Part shown: in pieces, positions 1-15,700 of the stretch
How positions within the stretch are numbered: position 1 is the stretch's first letter
Layout: every line of letters begins with the position of its first letter
DNA from: Styela clava
Taxonomy: Eukaryota
Direction: 5' to 3'
DNA length: 64,000 bases
Assembly (NCBI RefSeq): GCF_964204865.1
Contig: NC_135263.1
Coordinates: forward strand, 11,842,001 to 11,906,000
Translations under genes and position numbers: made by a program
The notes under the pieces: generated by a model
The model's database searches: none
What the model saw: the letters and a program-made list of their open reading frames with translations, nothing else
What the model was told of the DNA's origin: nothing

Positions 1-701
1 TGACACCAAGCCTTCTCCAATTGAGTAAGATCATGGGAACAATTGTAATTAAGACGAGCAAATATTAATGCTGAAATTAAAAAGGGAAAATGTTCAGTTC
101 TAGTTAAACGAAGAGACGTAAAAAAACAAATAACGGAGGAACAAAGACGCACCCTTGAGGTACACTGACAAACAATGGTAAAAAAGGCCCGACAGACAGA
201 ACACGGAACATGTAATCGTTGAACGAAAATAGCATAAAAACTTCACCAATTCACCTTGATCCAAGTACAAAATCACCAGGCAGGGCATAATTACAACAGC
301 AAAACACCAAATCATACCGTATTATCCAAATAATTCGATTTAAAATCAGATATAGAAATTTCGCCACCAATTTTACAGAAAAAATCCCCAAATTAATAAC
401 ACATATACGCCGAGTATGCATTGATAAGTAAGAGTATGTATAATGTCTGATACGCAAAATCATTAGTTACGGAATACTTTTGTATTGTTCATCTGGGTAT
501 ATATATGTTTGTACACTAGAGATTGAAGTTCAAAATAGTTACAAGAAAATCGAGTTACATTGCAAATTGTCAGGAAAAAGAGAATCGTCATTGATTAATC
601 GTGTACGACCACACAAAAACAAAACTGCTCCAAAAAAACTCTGCTTTGTCCAACTTATTGTTAATACACAGATTGATACTAGGTATTCAGCTATGGGAGA
701 T

Positions 702-779
702 TTAACGCATGTCATGCCATTCTCGATTCTGTAGTTGATGAGCGTTGGACCAGATGCTTCGTACTCCAAGTGGATCACA
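702..779 (-). CDS. TMEM131: TMEM131 coding exon 39 (terminal)
   Basis: CDPLGVRSIWSNAHQLQNREWHDMR*; IWS motif as in TMEM131 C-termini. Confidence 0.75.
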   Translation of the reverse strand, partial: CDPLGVRSIWSNAHQLQNREWHDMR

Positions 780-3700
780 CTGAAACAAATGAACACATTA
801 AATTGATATAGTCAACAATATCCAAAAAGCATATCTTGCATGTCGCAAAGCAATTAAACCAACCTCATCAGTATTCCTGTTTTCATCCATGGTGACAGCA
901 TTGGACACAGACCAAATCGAATGAGTAGTCATGTTGGTATTTGTCGTTGGGGACAGAATGTCACCCCAGATATCACCAGGTCGGGTATTCAAACCAGGAG
1001 TAGTTGGTGTTCCAGGAGGAGCATCATAAGTCGAGTAGGCCTGCTGTGTAGATTGATGTGGACTACCAGAATTGCTCCATTGTCGATGTCTTACAGAAAG
1101 ACTGGTTGGTGGAGATATATTGTTATCTCTCGATACTTGGGGCGCAGGTGTGCTATATAGGCTGGTGTTATTTCCAAATGGAGAAACCCATGTTTGTTGT
1201 GGAAGATTCTGGTGAGTTGGTGCATTCACCATCAAATCTGAATATGGAAAAATAACATGGTGATTACATACGCTGTAAAACTGGAAAAATTGGTAGAAAT
1301 TAATATAATTTTTGAGTAAATTAGAAGTTGATATGATATGAGTTAAAACGAAAATCAACATACTTTCAACAAGATTGAACTGAGATGTTCCGAAAGCAGA
1401 ATAACTTGATGTGTTAGTTGGAGACTGGTATGACCACTGCAAGTTGGCGGCATCCTGTGCACCTGGACCTGGTTGCAACAATAGAAAAAAATTAATAATG
1501 GGTGAGGGTATACCATGCTTTCACAAGTAATAAATTCAAGTTTTAAAAAAGCCCAACAACCTCGGCCTTTTTGATCACTGTGGAATGGTAGAAATTTGTG
1601 CTATATGTAATAGGATTATATATTTCCTACATAAGATACATGAATAGGAAAAATGGACACCCAGGTAACCAAATTCTAAAGTGAAACTGTGTAACAAAAA
1701 CAAACAAAGCATAAAAATAATATGAGCCCATTTAAATTTTGCTTTAATCATTGCTTTTAGCTTCAAGTAAAAAAAAAGACAAAAATGGAGAATGATAGTA
1801 TACCTTGCTTTTGCTGAGCCTTGGTTCCGAAGAGATTGGTAAACATGGACGGAGAAGATAATGTACGAGCTGGGGGGTTATAAGGAAGCTGAGATTGAGG
1901 AGAAGTACGAGCTAATGATGGATCCTTTTTCGACGAATGAGTGGGTGAGATGTTAGGTGGGTCCATACCGACAGGTGGATAAGGACTACGCTTTCTAAGT
2001 TGTGGTTTGGTATTGCCATAGGATTCACTCACACTACGAGACAGCTTCTTAGTTGGAGTGGAGTGAGATGCAGGTCCTGTAACGAATTATTAGGAATTAG
2101 ACGACGGTTTATAGAAAGAAAGAAAAGAAAGCGTATATCTGTGTGAACCTAATTGAGTAGGCTACTAACAGATGACTTACACTTGAGTAATGTAACTTGT
2201 ACCCAAAAGTAACAAATTAAAATAATAAAATAACCAGAGAAATGAAGAAATAAAAGAATAAATCTACAAAACTTGATTGAACACATACCAGAAGTTTGTT
2301 GTTTTGATGTATTGCCTTCATTACTTGAAGCAGTGGAAAGAACACTGGAATAAGAGGAACTCCTGCTACTGCTCGACAAATGACCTGGAGAAGTCGTACC
2401 CTTGAAACAAAGAAAACAATTATTTGCGAACTGTAAAAAGCCATTATCTGATAGACAGGAACACCATTTCTGAATGCTTATGTGATGGATGATTGCTGCA
2501 AATTAGCAATTAATTATCCAGTCATGTACCATCAATGCATTTTAATAATAAGTTTTTATACCTTATTTCTTTTTCTATCTTTTCCACGTTTCTTGTCATC
2601 CATCATAAAACCAGCTTCCTCTGATTGTTTAGCAATTTGTCTCATATCTTCATCTACATCTAAAATCAATCATATTTAATAGCCACTCCCCGGGAAATTA
2701 AAAAAGATAATACAGGCAAAACCATAACAGTTCATCTGGTAGCTATGCATCCTGTTGACTGTCAGTCCCACAATATAAACTTCCATCAAATATCTTGTTT
2801 AGTAACAGTCGTGTTAGCGATGAAAAAAAATTAGCTTAACAACTGTTTTCCAGTTCAAACCAATTAAATTGAGACAAACAGAAAATACAAGCAGGTAGGT
2901 ACCCAGGATCTCCACCGATACATGGAGCGGCCCACACTTAAGTAAAGCGTTACTATCCACGCAACATTGCACCTATATTATGATAGCATACTATGTAACG
3001 ACAGTGACCGGGATACCGAAACTGCCAGTTCATTTTGAGTATTGCGCGACTCGTAAGTACCCTTGAGTGAGCGGTATACTGCGGCTAATAATAAATCATG
3101 TTTGCTAAAATTCCTAAGGCTTCCCCGGTTTATGTGATGAAAAATGGCTTGTTCGAAAAAGTATTTACTTCTGAGAGGGGTAGCGATCTTTGAATTTTAA
3201 TTTTTGAGGTAGTTTACAAGATAATGGAGCGTGTTTTTTTGCTGATGTCATGGTAACGAAACACCAAACCGGACTTTCAGTGAAACACACAATACTAGGG
3301 TGACAGCATAACCCACATGGGGAACTTCAACCAAGCTAAACACACAGAACGAATGAGAATAAGGGTCTCCTAGAGCGAATAACAAACCTCTTTGCTGTGA
3401 AGGAGTGTCCCATAATGCAGTACTTTCTCCGCTACTACTTTCTGAAATTTCTTGGGATGATGATGAGCGTGATGACTCGAGTGGAGAGGGTCTCTTGAAT
3501 ATAGTAACCTAGAATAGATTGATACAATCATGCAATCAGTTAAAATAACATTGATTGTGTAGTAAGTACAGATCTACACAAGTGGCATAAGAAGGTAAGG
3601 TCACTTTATAGGTTGAGGTTTTCCACACCTCCAAGGTGTACGAGTAACCGTAAGTAACAAACATGAACTCTTTATCAGAGAACGAGAATTTTTCCAGTTG

Positions 3701-6700
3701 GGTATTCCGTAGCCAAATCTGCTACACCCTGTGGAAGGGCATGGGTACTGAACTTTTTTTAACCTGTGATGCCCATATATTATAGAAAGAAGAACTAGAC
3801 ATCTAAAAAACATAGCACTCAACATACCTTGGTAGGTTTGTTCTTCTGTTCAGCGATTGCAGAATTGTAACTGTAGGATCGTCGCTTTGGAACTCCTTTT
3901 ACTGCTTCTTTGGAAGAGCTGAAATATCAAAAAAAGATTTGAAATAGTAACATTGAGTTGATTTACTTGTCATCTTGTTGGCCTGATCAGATTCTTGATA
4001 TCAATCGGCCCTCGTACCAGTCCATCGTTCCGACACACGAGGAGGAGTCCTGGCCCAGTTTGATTTAAGAGTTTCCAAGGTTATGATAAATTAGTCAGGC
4101 TCACAAATTATTAAGTTGTTTCAAGCACTTTATAAATGTATCAGAACCAGGCCAGGAGTAGTTGATCTAAGATAGACGTTTGGTAAAGCACCGCATTATA
4201 TACAACATTCTAACCATAGTTACCTTGAAACTTTTATTTCTGGTGATTTTCGTTCTGGAGTCTTTATTTCAGTGATAGCTTCCGATGGTGATTCCAAAAT
4301 TTTCTCTGTTTCCTTGACATTTTCAATGGGTGTTGAGATTGAACGTTGCTTTAATTGTCGTAATGCTTTTTTAGAAAGTTTCTTAGGCGGCGTGACAACA
4401 GGAATCTTTTCTTCTGTATCAGATGGAGTGGACGCCTGTAGAGTATTTAATATCAAGATTTTTTATAAGTTTTTTTCACCATTGTTAAAACGTGTTCATT
4501 ATATCAAAAGTTTGGTGGGATGGCAAATGTTAGAAAAATTGTACCATATGACATTTGACTTAATATAGATAGGGCCCCATGAAACTCCTAAAAAATTTGA
4601 GAAAATAAAAGTAATAACCTTTCGAACACTTGAAATCAACTCGTTTACCAGTTGTAGAACAACTATTTATTCAAAACAAGAACAACAACGACTTGCACTC
4701 GGTACCTGATATCGATATTACCTTTTCAAACTTTGCAGCAGCTTCTTTCTCTTTTTCTTTAGCAAGAGCTTTAGCTTGTTTGCGAGTCAGTTTACGTGTT
4801 TTCTTTGCCCGAACTGAAAAATTAAACACAAATTTTCACCGAAAGTTCCTTCAAATATCAAAGGAATACATAAAAGTCTTGGTGAATGAAACTATTTTCA
4901 TCGAGATTCTTCAGATTGATTGAACTTGTACAAATTGAATGTTATGTGAAATTCAAAACCTCATAGCTGCTTTCCTGATCGTATTGACTTGTCAGCAAAT
5001 ATTTAAAAGAAAAATTCTTACTTGGTTTATGTTCAGTCTTGACAGCGGCTTCTTTTTTCATTTCTGTTGCCTCATCAATTGATGCTTCTTTTGTTAATTT
5101 AGGTTCTGCCTCAGGTATTTCTAAGCTACCAGAACTGCTTGTACTTTCTCGTAATTTTTGACTCGAGAGAGAACGTGAACGGCGTGTTTCCAGGGCATTC
5201 TTTTTTGCATCAGCACGAGTTACAACTACTTCGTTTACAATTTTCTTTTCGGACGGATTGTTTTGTAAAGCGACACCTTTCGGAACATTCTTATGAGAAT
5301 TTTCATTAACTTTTTCCGCCAAGTTAGGTTTTTGAGTTATAACTGCATTTGAAATTTTTTGTTTTTGGGGTTCAGGAACTTGCTTCGTTACCGGTCTTAT
5401 CTCAGCAGTGGGTTTTGTACGTCTTTCAACGGTACTCAAGTTCTCTGGTGGCCTGAATTTTTTCATACCGTTGGAGTCGATTCTACATTTGTCATTCATA
5501 GTGGAAATATGTCGAGGTCTGACACCAGATTGGTTAAACTCCACAGGTTTCGACGAACTAACAGTAGGATGTATAACCTTTTCTGGAACTTTAGGGGTCG
5601 GCTTATTATAAGTAAAACTCGACAGAAATCTAGAAAATAAATGTCTTGAATACCAAGGAATATTTTGATTTTTTGAATTTGAAAGAGGCGGAAAATCAGG
5701 ATGTGGGTCAGTTTGTTGTGAGACATCTTGCTTTGGCTCGATACCGATACCAATTGATTTAAAACTTGGTGTTGACGAAGTTGATGTGGATTTCTTTGCA
5801 TCCAATACTTCTGGACTTGAAATGTGTCTAAAAAATAAAACGCATGAATTTAGTTGAGATTGAAAACAGAGCAAAGTAGGGTACTTCTATTTCAATCAAT
5901 TCAAAATATATCTCATCTGGAGAAATCATCTCGAGAACAATGCAACTCACTCAGTTTTTGGTGTACTCGGATAAACAGTGCTCATAAAATTATTCGCGAT
6001 ACTCCTCAAGTCGAATATCTTTCCAAAACCTTCTGGTGTGATATTACTTGTTGCACTGGATATTTTCTTCCTTCCTAATTTATGTTGTAGTTCATGAGCA
6101 TACAAATGTACAAACGGTTCCCAGATATTTATAGCCTGGAAACAAATAATATATCATTATTGAATAGAATACATTTAGAAGATAGAATCGTCCAGTGTTG
6201 GAAGGAAACTTGATCCAGTATTTATCAAAAACTTTGAAAAGTGACTCAGGTCATCTACACGACTCAACCTGAATTTCTGCTCAACGAACCGCCAGTGAGG
6301 TTTTAACTCAGTGAATGACTCGGCTCGAGAGTAAGATGACCCATGGTGCATGACTAATCACTGTTTGCTTATGACTCTGGATTTTTAAGCAATATTGGAA
6401 TGGTCATCCAATTACTACGGAATTCCATTGGGTAAAATATCGGCTAACTATGAAAAGTTAGAACAATACCACCCTTTTTTGAGTTTTAGCACATTTTTTC
6501 ACAAAAACGATTCATACAGTAATATATAAAGACTATATATTCAGCAGAATCTCAATGAGAAAATTTTCCTGTGTAATGAGATCATTATTTGGATCAAATT
6601 TTACCATAAAAAAATCAGAAATCAAGATTCCAAAATAACAAATTTTAGGAAACGTCATCCTTGCTACCAGTTGAATCACAAAATGACTTGCAACCAGCAT

Positions 6701-9700
6701 ATCATAAACCCATAAAGTTTACCTCTAAGTAACCCATCAGCATTATTCCAAGGCAGAGTACCAACATAACAGTGACTATAAAGTAGTATAAGGTTGGCTC
6801 CCAAGATGGCCTTGGAACAGCTTCCTGACATAATGGAAGCATGTAAGGTGGTAATGTAACATTGAGGATGAAGATCATGTCGTTTCCTTGTGCTGTTACA
6901 AGCTTCAACTTATGGAGAACTAGATAGCTGGTGAAGTCCGGTGTGTACCTGATGATCAAAAAGAGATAAACTTTATAAGTCTTTTCGAGAGATGAGGTTG
7001 GGACATAATCTCAAACCAAATCACAGCCTAGCTAAAGCCTAAATCAGTGGTTATCAAACAATTTGGAGCGCCTCCCGCAAGGGGGGCGTAGATGATTTTT
7101 GAGGGGGTGTGGAGTTGTTAAAAATATTTGCTAGAGTTGATTTTGTCCACCTTATTTTGACGCATTAAAAATGGAAATCCCGCATTCTTTCTAAATCTTG
7201 ATGGCATTCGGAAACATGCTTAAAATTTTCATTTATTTCATTATTTACGTTCCATCCACATTTTCAACGTTTTTTGAATAAGGCATACTTTCGCCTTATT
7301 ATTCGTTTTTTGTAGCTAGTTGGGCGCGACACTTGTCAAATTGTAAAAAGGGGGAGTGACTTGTTCGAGAACCACTGGCCTAAAGCATTAGACTAACATT
7401 ATGTTGGTATCACAGAATATATATTATCTGTTCATATCCATTGCCTTGTAGCTAAGAACACTAATGCCTTGTAGCTAAGAACACTAAAGTTAAGTTTACC
7501 AAGGTTTGAAATGTGCATAAAATTAATCTTTTTACCATTCAATTTGAATTTGTTTATTTCCTAATTTAATTAAGCAATTGAATCATGATATACATGCTTA
7601 CTTAGTGGGCGCATTTCTTAAATAATTATTAGAGACAAAATATTCTCTAATATTCTAAACTTCCTGTTGTTTGAACACAAATATCTTGTTAAGTTGCTGA
7701 TGCACTACTTTACCTATACATACTGTGGTTTGTTCCCTAAGTAAGTAAATATAAGACATATGTACTAAAGGATAAGAAGTTAGCTGATGGTGAAGGGATT
7801 TTGATTACATCTGGATCTGTCCCAAGATTAAACATACACACACTCACTCGGTTCTTCAAATACGTTCATGCCTATTATAAATATAAACAGACTTACGCAA
7901 TTTCAATTTTCTTGCTTGTATTAGGTTGCAAAATAAATTGATCGCAATCTAACACACGAAACCCGTATCCTTCACAAGGTGAACCACTAACTGTTATACT
8001 GGTGACATGTATCGGCAACATTCCTGTGTTATTAGCATGAAACCACTTTCTGACAGTGAAACTAGGATTGGATTTTTTCTCTAAAAATAAAATTAAACAT
8101 ACATTGAGGATGAATTTTAGAGACAAAAAAACTGCACAGGGCTTAGCCAAGCAGGTATTCGTGTCATCAATATTGAGTAGGCTCATAAAGTCAATTGATT
8201 TGATAAATATTGACTCCAAGTACAACTCTTGAACTCCGGGAACACAAGAGTTAGATAACAAAAAATTGACATATACAGGCCTCCTTTAAGTTTGTTGAGG
8301 AAGCTAATTAAATTTAATTCTTTTTGAGTTTGTCAAATTTTAATTTTGATTATCATCATTTTAAGCTTGATAAGCTCAGACTGCAATCAATAAAAACATG
8401 TCATCTGGCTAGAAAGCCCTGGTGGTATCTTGCATGACGCAATATGAAAACCTTATAACTATAGAATAATCTTACTTGTACAATCTTTTAAAAGATCTTT
8501 CGTTAATTTAAACCTCAGAGTACTCGTCTGCAAGTTCGGTGATTTTCCTCCGAGTGTTAAATGTTCATACGCACCTCTACCATGCATTGGTAATGCATCA
8601 AGAATAGTGAGATTGTTTCTGAATAAGAAAATACCATATAAAGATTTTATCCATACCATTTCAAACTGACAGCTTATTTCGCAATAGAAATAGCTGAAGT
8701 GTTGTTTAGAATATTTAAATTAATATTTATAATTTGCAAATGTGTATTTCATCGACAATAACTTTCCATTGCTTCACTTCGGTTCAAAATTATGGGTAGA
8801 AGATGTCTCATTATTAAACCTATTTATAAGGTTGCTTATAAGAATGACAAAGAAAGATATCATTTGCATAGAAGTATTAACCCATCTCTATTACTAATCT
8901 GAGCATTTCGCAAATGTAGAAAATTTTATAGATAAAATACTTAAAAACAAACAAAAATTCAAAATTTTTCTTTGGCTTCAGGTCATACTGTTCAGCTTAG
9001 TCCCATTATGTCACTATACCAAAAACAATTTTTCTATAGTACTAACCTTAATAAAATTACAGTGGATTTAGGATTGTCATCATACGGTATGAATTCAACC
9101 TTCAGATTCACACGATCTCCAGGTTCAATGAATAAATTAACAACAGTGTGATTCAACTTTCCATTCAATGTATATTCCAACCAAACCATTTGTGATGTCA
9201 TATCTTTAGACTGAACAAAAGTGAGAATTAGTAAGCCTTCGGAAGAATGTACAAAATCAATCGCATATTCATCCGAAGATCCATCTCCTTAAATATATGT
9301 ATCATGTTCAATTTCATAAGGTATTACCTGACACTCTAAGATGTAAGATCTTAGAAAAGTTTTGTATAAGCAGGCAATCATAAATTGCAAAGACCACTAC
9401 TGTTATTAATAAGGTTGGCTTATAATACCTAACTTTCACATTCTGAGTGAAATAATTGGTTTACGTGAGCACCGACATAAACATTTCCAGCATAGCTAGA
9501 TTGTATATGTTACATATTGTCCACAAAAGGAATTTGGGCAACTGAAAATCAACAAATGAAAAATTCAATAGAGATATATTTGAAAGTGAAAATGTCCATC
9601 TCCATTATACGAGTGAGAAAGACAATCTATACAAAGCACTGAAATTTGAAGATTTTAGATATTTCAGTTTGAGTTTTGTAGCGTGGTAAGCCCCACATGT

Positions 9701-12700
9701 ATAGTGTAGGCGATATTGGAAACTCCATAAATTACAAATAAAGCATTCATATCAGTCATACATACAATTTCTTAACACAAAGGAGTCATTTTAAAGACCA
9801 TTGTGCGTACCATTGTGTACAAAGTTTTTTTTTTTGAATTTACTCATTTAAATTTACATTGAATGTCTGAATTTATGCGTACTCGCAACAATGAAAATGC
9901 AACATTGCAAAATTTGAAAAAAAAAAATATTCACACAAAGTCGTTTTATTCATGATCATACTAACCACGTCTTGTCTCGGATCCATGAGATGAAAAAGAG
10001 TGCTATTATCCATTATAAACGAATCCTCTTTGATTTTATCTGACCAATCAAAAGCCGCTAAAGCTGCCTCTGGTTGAGGATATAATGACAGTGGTAAAAC
10101 CTGAACTATCACAGGTGAATCCGCAGGATTTACAAGAGTTAATGTTGCAACCTAAACAAAAAAAATAATAAAAAATAAAAATACCAAAGTGAAAAAATTT
10201 CACCACATTTGTGAGAATTTGTATCATTTTTGCAAATTCATCACTGAAATAATTTTTAAATTCTGAGACAACTCGGAAGTAGCAAAATGAATTTTAGAAA
10301 TCAGACTCTCGAAAAAGTATGCTTCCGGAATTCACACAATTGGTAATATTCTTAATTGTGGACCAACTAACTACCTAACTTAGGGTAAATTCAAATAGTG
10401 ATTTATCCAATATCCCTATTTGACATTGAAATTAATCAGCAAATACAAAAAACACTTACAGATTTTCTTCCGACATGAGTCAATGGAAAGTCAAAAGTTT
10501 CTTCCTCAAGAAGAGTAGGCCAGAATAAACTAGCTTGAACTGGAACTTCCACATCCATAACGACATCAGCACTGAGAACCAAGGTAGTGTTGGGCCTAAA
10601 ATATTTTTGAATAAGTTAATACAAACAAAAACAGAACAATGACTTAATCAATAATAATTGGCCTAGTGTGTGTAACAACAAAATATCTATAGCTTATTGG
10701 TACAATTATCCAGTAGTTGGTACTACAGACCTCGAAATATATTGGAATTGAAGGTTAAAGAGACAAGTGCAAACAGCATTCCGACAGCCTCACCAAGAGA
10801 GTAATACGTTGGATATACTGGAAAAATTCGCCTCTTTTCAAAAAAATGTTCTGCGTACACCAGTATGTGCTTGTCTGAAGATTAGTTCAGATTAAAAAAA
10901 ACACAAATTTAAAAACAATCAATCCAGTGAGGCTAAATAGTTTGTACTTAATAAGACTAGCGAGGTCAAAAGATATTACTACTTGATGAAAAATATTGCA
11001 TACCCAGTTAAACCTTTCTTCTGCAAATTTTTCCATCTTTGTCTATATTCCTTATACCTCTTGGAGTCAAACTCAACAGAATCAGGTCCTAATGCTAATG
11101 TAGTCAACCAGTGATGACCAACTACAAAAGCAAAAAAGAAAAAAAATGATTATTAGTTCATCACATTACTAACGATGGCGATGAAACATTACAATACTAT
11201 ATGTAATAAAGTAAAAACGAAAATGAAACAACTTGATAATAAAACAAAATTGATCAAAGAAATAAATACTTCATGGGATTTGCTTCACAAAGCATTGTTA
11301 AGAGTAAAGGTGGTATGAATATGCCAAACAAAAAAGAGATTCTGCTCTTACACATCATATTAGCCTTTTCCATGCATCAGTGTCTGCATATTCAGAAATT
11401 GTTCAGAATAAAAATGATAAAAAAACAAAATGGTACTTACTTGTCGTAGAAGTTGGTAATCCTACATAACATCGATCAGGTTTACAGCTTTGTCTTGCAT
11501 CGAAATATACTTTTCCTATCTTTGATTTTTTATTTGGTTCGAAACTTAGTCCTTGATTCTTCAATTTCCTTTAAAGTGGGTTATTATTTTTTAGTAAGTC
11601 AACATCACACAGAGTAGCAAAATATAGTCCAGAAAAATTAATTCATCAAAAATGATTGTTTTTAATTGAAAATTTTAATACTTGAAATTAAGCATAGACA
11701 CATTGTAAATCAGTAATGAGCTTTCACTAAAATTTTTATATGATGTGTTACTAAACCTTCGCTCCAAACTAGGCTCCAGACTAGTATCTAGAGTTAATTT
11801 TCGAACAAATGATATCCTTTTGTTCCCAACAAATACTTAGTTAATACCAATATGATAAGCTCTATCCACCATGACATGACATGATTAAATAATTGACAAA
11901 TTTAAAATTGAAGATTGCATAATAAATTTCAAAGATTCAAGCCTCGGGACTTGATCATATTGTTTATGTATTCACTTTCGATCCTCATCAACCTGGCCAT
12001 ACAAAAAAAAACTGATTCGAATGCTGAGCAAAAGACTGAAATATATATACTTACTTGTAATAAAATCTTTTATCCATTTGTTTCGAATGTACATACTCTA
12101 GTTTAGTAACTTGTGCAAATGTGTTGACGACGGATAATGTCTGATGTACAATCATGCCCTGAAATAAAAAAAAATTAAAAATTTACATTAGGATCAGCAT
12201 AGCATATTATGTAGTGATATTTTTTGAATAATTTGATATCATGGGTTTCTGCTTGATATTGTTCAGATTTAACTAGGCCGAACAACACGGACCCAAGTGG
12301 ATTATCTTGCTAAATTCTTGCTGTTAGGGTAATTGCTATGGTTTGACAAAAAACAAATCGCTCTTCTCCAAACCAATGAACCAATGAATTTGAAAATTTC
12401 TAATAATGAAAGATGAAGGCGCTCGCTAGATCGCTAGAAATCACCTACTAGACTACAAAAAAATACAAATTCGCTTGTAATAGACTGCCTTCCCAACGAC
12501 TTCCATGCTAATTTTTTCAGTGAACTCTATGCCCTCAGTCTTTATTAAAGGGTTACCATACAGTTATTCGTTATCATTATTCCTGAATAATTTATTCAAA
12601 ATAATATACAAACCGGAAATGAAGGAGGAAATTTGATTCTTTCTGGTTTCACAGTGAGATTGCCAACGACGATGCGAGCTTTTACAGGAATATAAATAGT

Positions 12701-15700
12701 CTGAAAATAGAAGGAAAATGTATATATTTTAATTCTGCAAGTAAAGTATACTAATGGTTATTAACCCAAAAGACATTATGTGGTCAACTTCAGCAAAAGT
12801 GAACAAGAAACCATGTATAATTATTGCTTTAGTGAGTTGGCGTGTGTTATGTTAATTATTTAAAAATGATCCTATTTAAAACAGGTTCAAGTATCTGTGA
12901 TACAAGAAAGTCTACATAACTTGACTACGGTACCTTATCATATATTCCATATAATCCCATATTTTCAATTCACAAAATTTCGAATAAAAATAAAATTATT
13001 TTAAAATAAACGAGATTCAGATATTGCCAAAGAAATCAGGAACAACAGCTTCATGCATTCAAAATGAAATCTATTGATCAATAAAGAAGGCCATTTTCTT
13101 TCCCAAATATTTAAATTTCTCACCTCAAATTTAGTTGTAAGACTCAACTGTCCTGTGATTTCTTCCTCCTTATCATCCGCAGAAAGTAAAACTTCAAAAA
13201 CAGAACACGAGTTGCTAGGCAACCACAACTGAAAAAACAACCAAAAAACTTAACGTCTGGAGCATAAGACACATAAAAAAGTAAGCAATATGTCTGAGCA
13301 TTAAGCGATGATGAAAGATTAATATTGTACCATGTTGAAACTTGGCTAAAAAAATAAACTTACAGGTTTCAAAACACTTTGATCAGAAATATTCTTTCCT
13401 GAATCCTGTGTAATAGATTCCAAACGAATGTAAATATTCCGCAATGTGCTGTTAATTTTTTCAAGCAATATCTGAAAAACAGGTATGAACATATTATCGA
13501 GTAGTTCAAATATCTCGATCGCACTTTCACAAATCTTTTTCTTTAACGTTTAGTTGACCAAAGTAAAACTTTCTCAAACAAGCTGTTAACAACAATATAT
13601 AATATATCGATATATAAACCATAATTGGGTGTACGCAAACATGCCTAAAATAGATCGAAAGCTTGATAAATTCCAATTTTTTATACAAAACATATAATAA
13701 CTTCAAATAATTTCTGAGAATTTGGCTGTATATGTATATGCGTTGGCTGTATATGCATATGTTCAGGTTGTATATGGATATGAGTCGGCTGTATGCATAT
13801 TTTGGGTTGTATGTGGATATCATGTTACCATCCACACCCTGTCTATTTGATAGAGATACCCTGACCTACGGGAGTTCAGCACACTTCTCTACTGATGATC
13901 CCAATTTTATTTAAATCTTTCCAGTACAATATATTACCTTAGCAGGGTTATGATTGTATAAAGCAAATAAAATCACTCGTTTATCCATAGTTCCCATGAC
14001 TCCAAAATCTATTGTCTTCTTCTCTTCACGAAGAACTTTATACTGTAAAAAAATTCAGAAATTTTTATCAGGATAAAAAATCCAAACCAAACTGACAAAT
14101 CCAAAAAATTGGAATTAGACATTGATAAAAATTCAGTTTATCAAAGTAACTAGATAGATATTTTACCATAAAATTGGGGATTATCCCATCGTATTCCGAA
14201 TCCTGTGAAATCTAACATTTTTATGGTAAAGATATCAACTTGTTTTTGCTTAGACAAAATTAGTTGCAAGATTTTTATACGAAGTTTTGTCCGTCTTTCA
14301 CTTTGAACAAGATATCCAGCTTGCGATTGCAACATAGTCAAGTCCGGCATGACCGAGACCAAATCAGTTGGTGTCATAACGAATATCCAATACCATACCC
14401 CTAAATTAACACCCATACAAACTCGCCCCCCCCCCCCCCCCCCGAAGGTTGAAATAATCCACAATTCCAAAGGAATGAAAGTTTAATAATATTGATCGTT
14501 TACATTATGATTCCAACATACCGTAAGCAATCCTGAATACGTATGAAGCGGCAAACTAAATTTTGAAGCATTTGTTTGTAACATGAGGTAATATGTTGAA
14601 CCAAATTCATTTTCATTTTTTTCCTCTTTCGATATTTCTTTCTTTTCCCCTGGATCATACTCGATAGAAAATGGTGTAACTTCAGATGACATAGGCAGGC
14701 TGACAGGACCATCAAAATTTAAAACCTATGAAAATAGAAGGAATTGTTTTATATTTTTTTTTATTATTTTGTAAAATAAAAAAATTTATGTGATCGATAT
14801 GTCCCACTTTACGTGATTCCTCTAATCTTTTGTCGTACCCATTATAACCCAAAACCTACCACCAACTCCAGAAGTATGTGTACCAATAGGAAGGTTAACT
14901 AATTTTTTCTCACCCATTTTACATCAAGTTGTGTAAAGGGACTGAAACATATGGGCATGGGGGATGGTCACTTGGCTAACACAGACAGTCCCCGAACTCG
15001 TAATAGAACTAAAATAAGGAAAATCGGAATAAAATTATGGCTCAAGCCTAACCTGATACACATACTATGGGAGTACCCCAACTTCCTTATTTGTATGCTT
15101 CATATCAATTGCAGCACAAAATTAGCCATAACGCATACAGATTAGCTAATATTAAACAAACAAAAATATGACAACCTTAGCATACAATATAGAAATTCTG
15201 AAAATCCCAAAATTTGAATGCTTCGGTATTTATAAAATATTCTCAAAATATAGAAATCCGAAATATATTATTTGAACCATAACTTCACTTCCTACAGGGT
15301 ATTCTTAAATTCTTGGAAATGCATTTTCTGTAATTTTCGCGAGTCAGGTTCGAGTCCACACTGGTTTAGTTAGCTTTCGCCTGACGTACTTCTTCGATTA
15401 ATAAATAAAAAGAAAAAACAGTTCGAACCTTAAAATGTTTTGATGCTCTTTCAGTAACTGAAACATTTTGAATCAAGACAGGAAATTGGAATAAGTTAGA
15501 GAATGATATGTTACGAGTAGTTTTATTCTCATCATGATGAAATAATACAGCATCTTCATCAAAACCCAAAGTCCTGGAAAAAACAGACAAGAAAAATATG
15601 AAAATTTTCGTCGTGAAATAGAATGCAAGATCTGGCACAAGCAGGATCGTGCCTGGAATTGGAGTTGCATGAATTTGCATGGTGAGGATTTCTTGTTTTC

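Noticed and set aside
4942-5021. Extending exon 29 to the GT at 4959
   Set aside because: Gives phase 0, incompatible with exon 30; the GTAAGA donor at 5021 gives the required phase 1.
14425-14443. Poly-C tract (also 47294-47310)
   Set aside because: Simple homopolymer with no supportable function.
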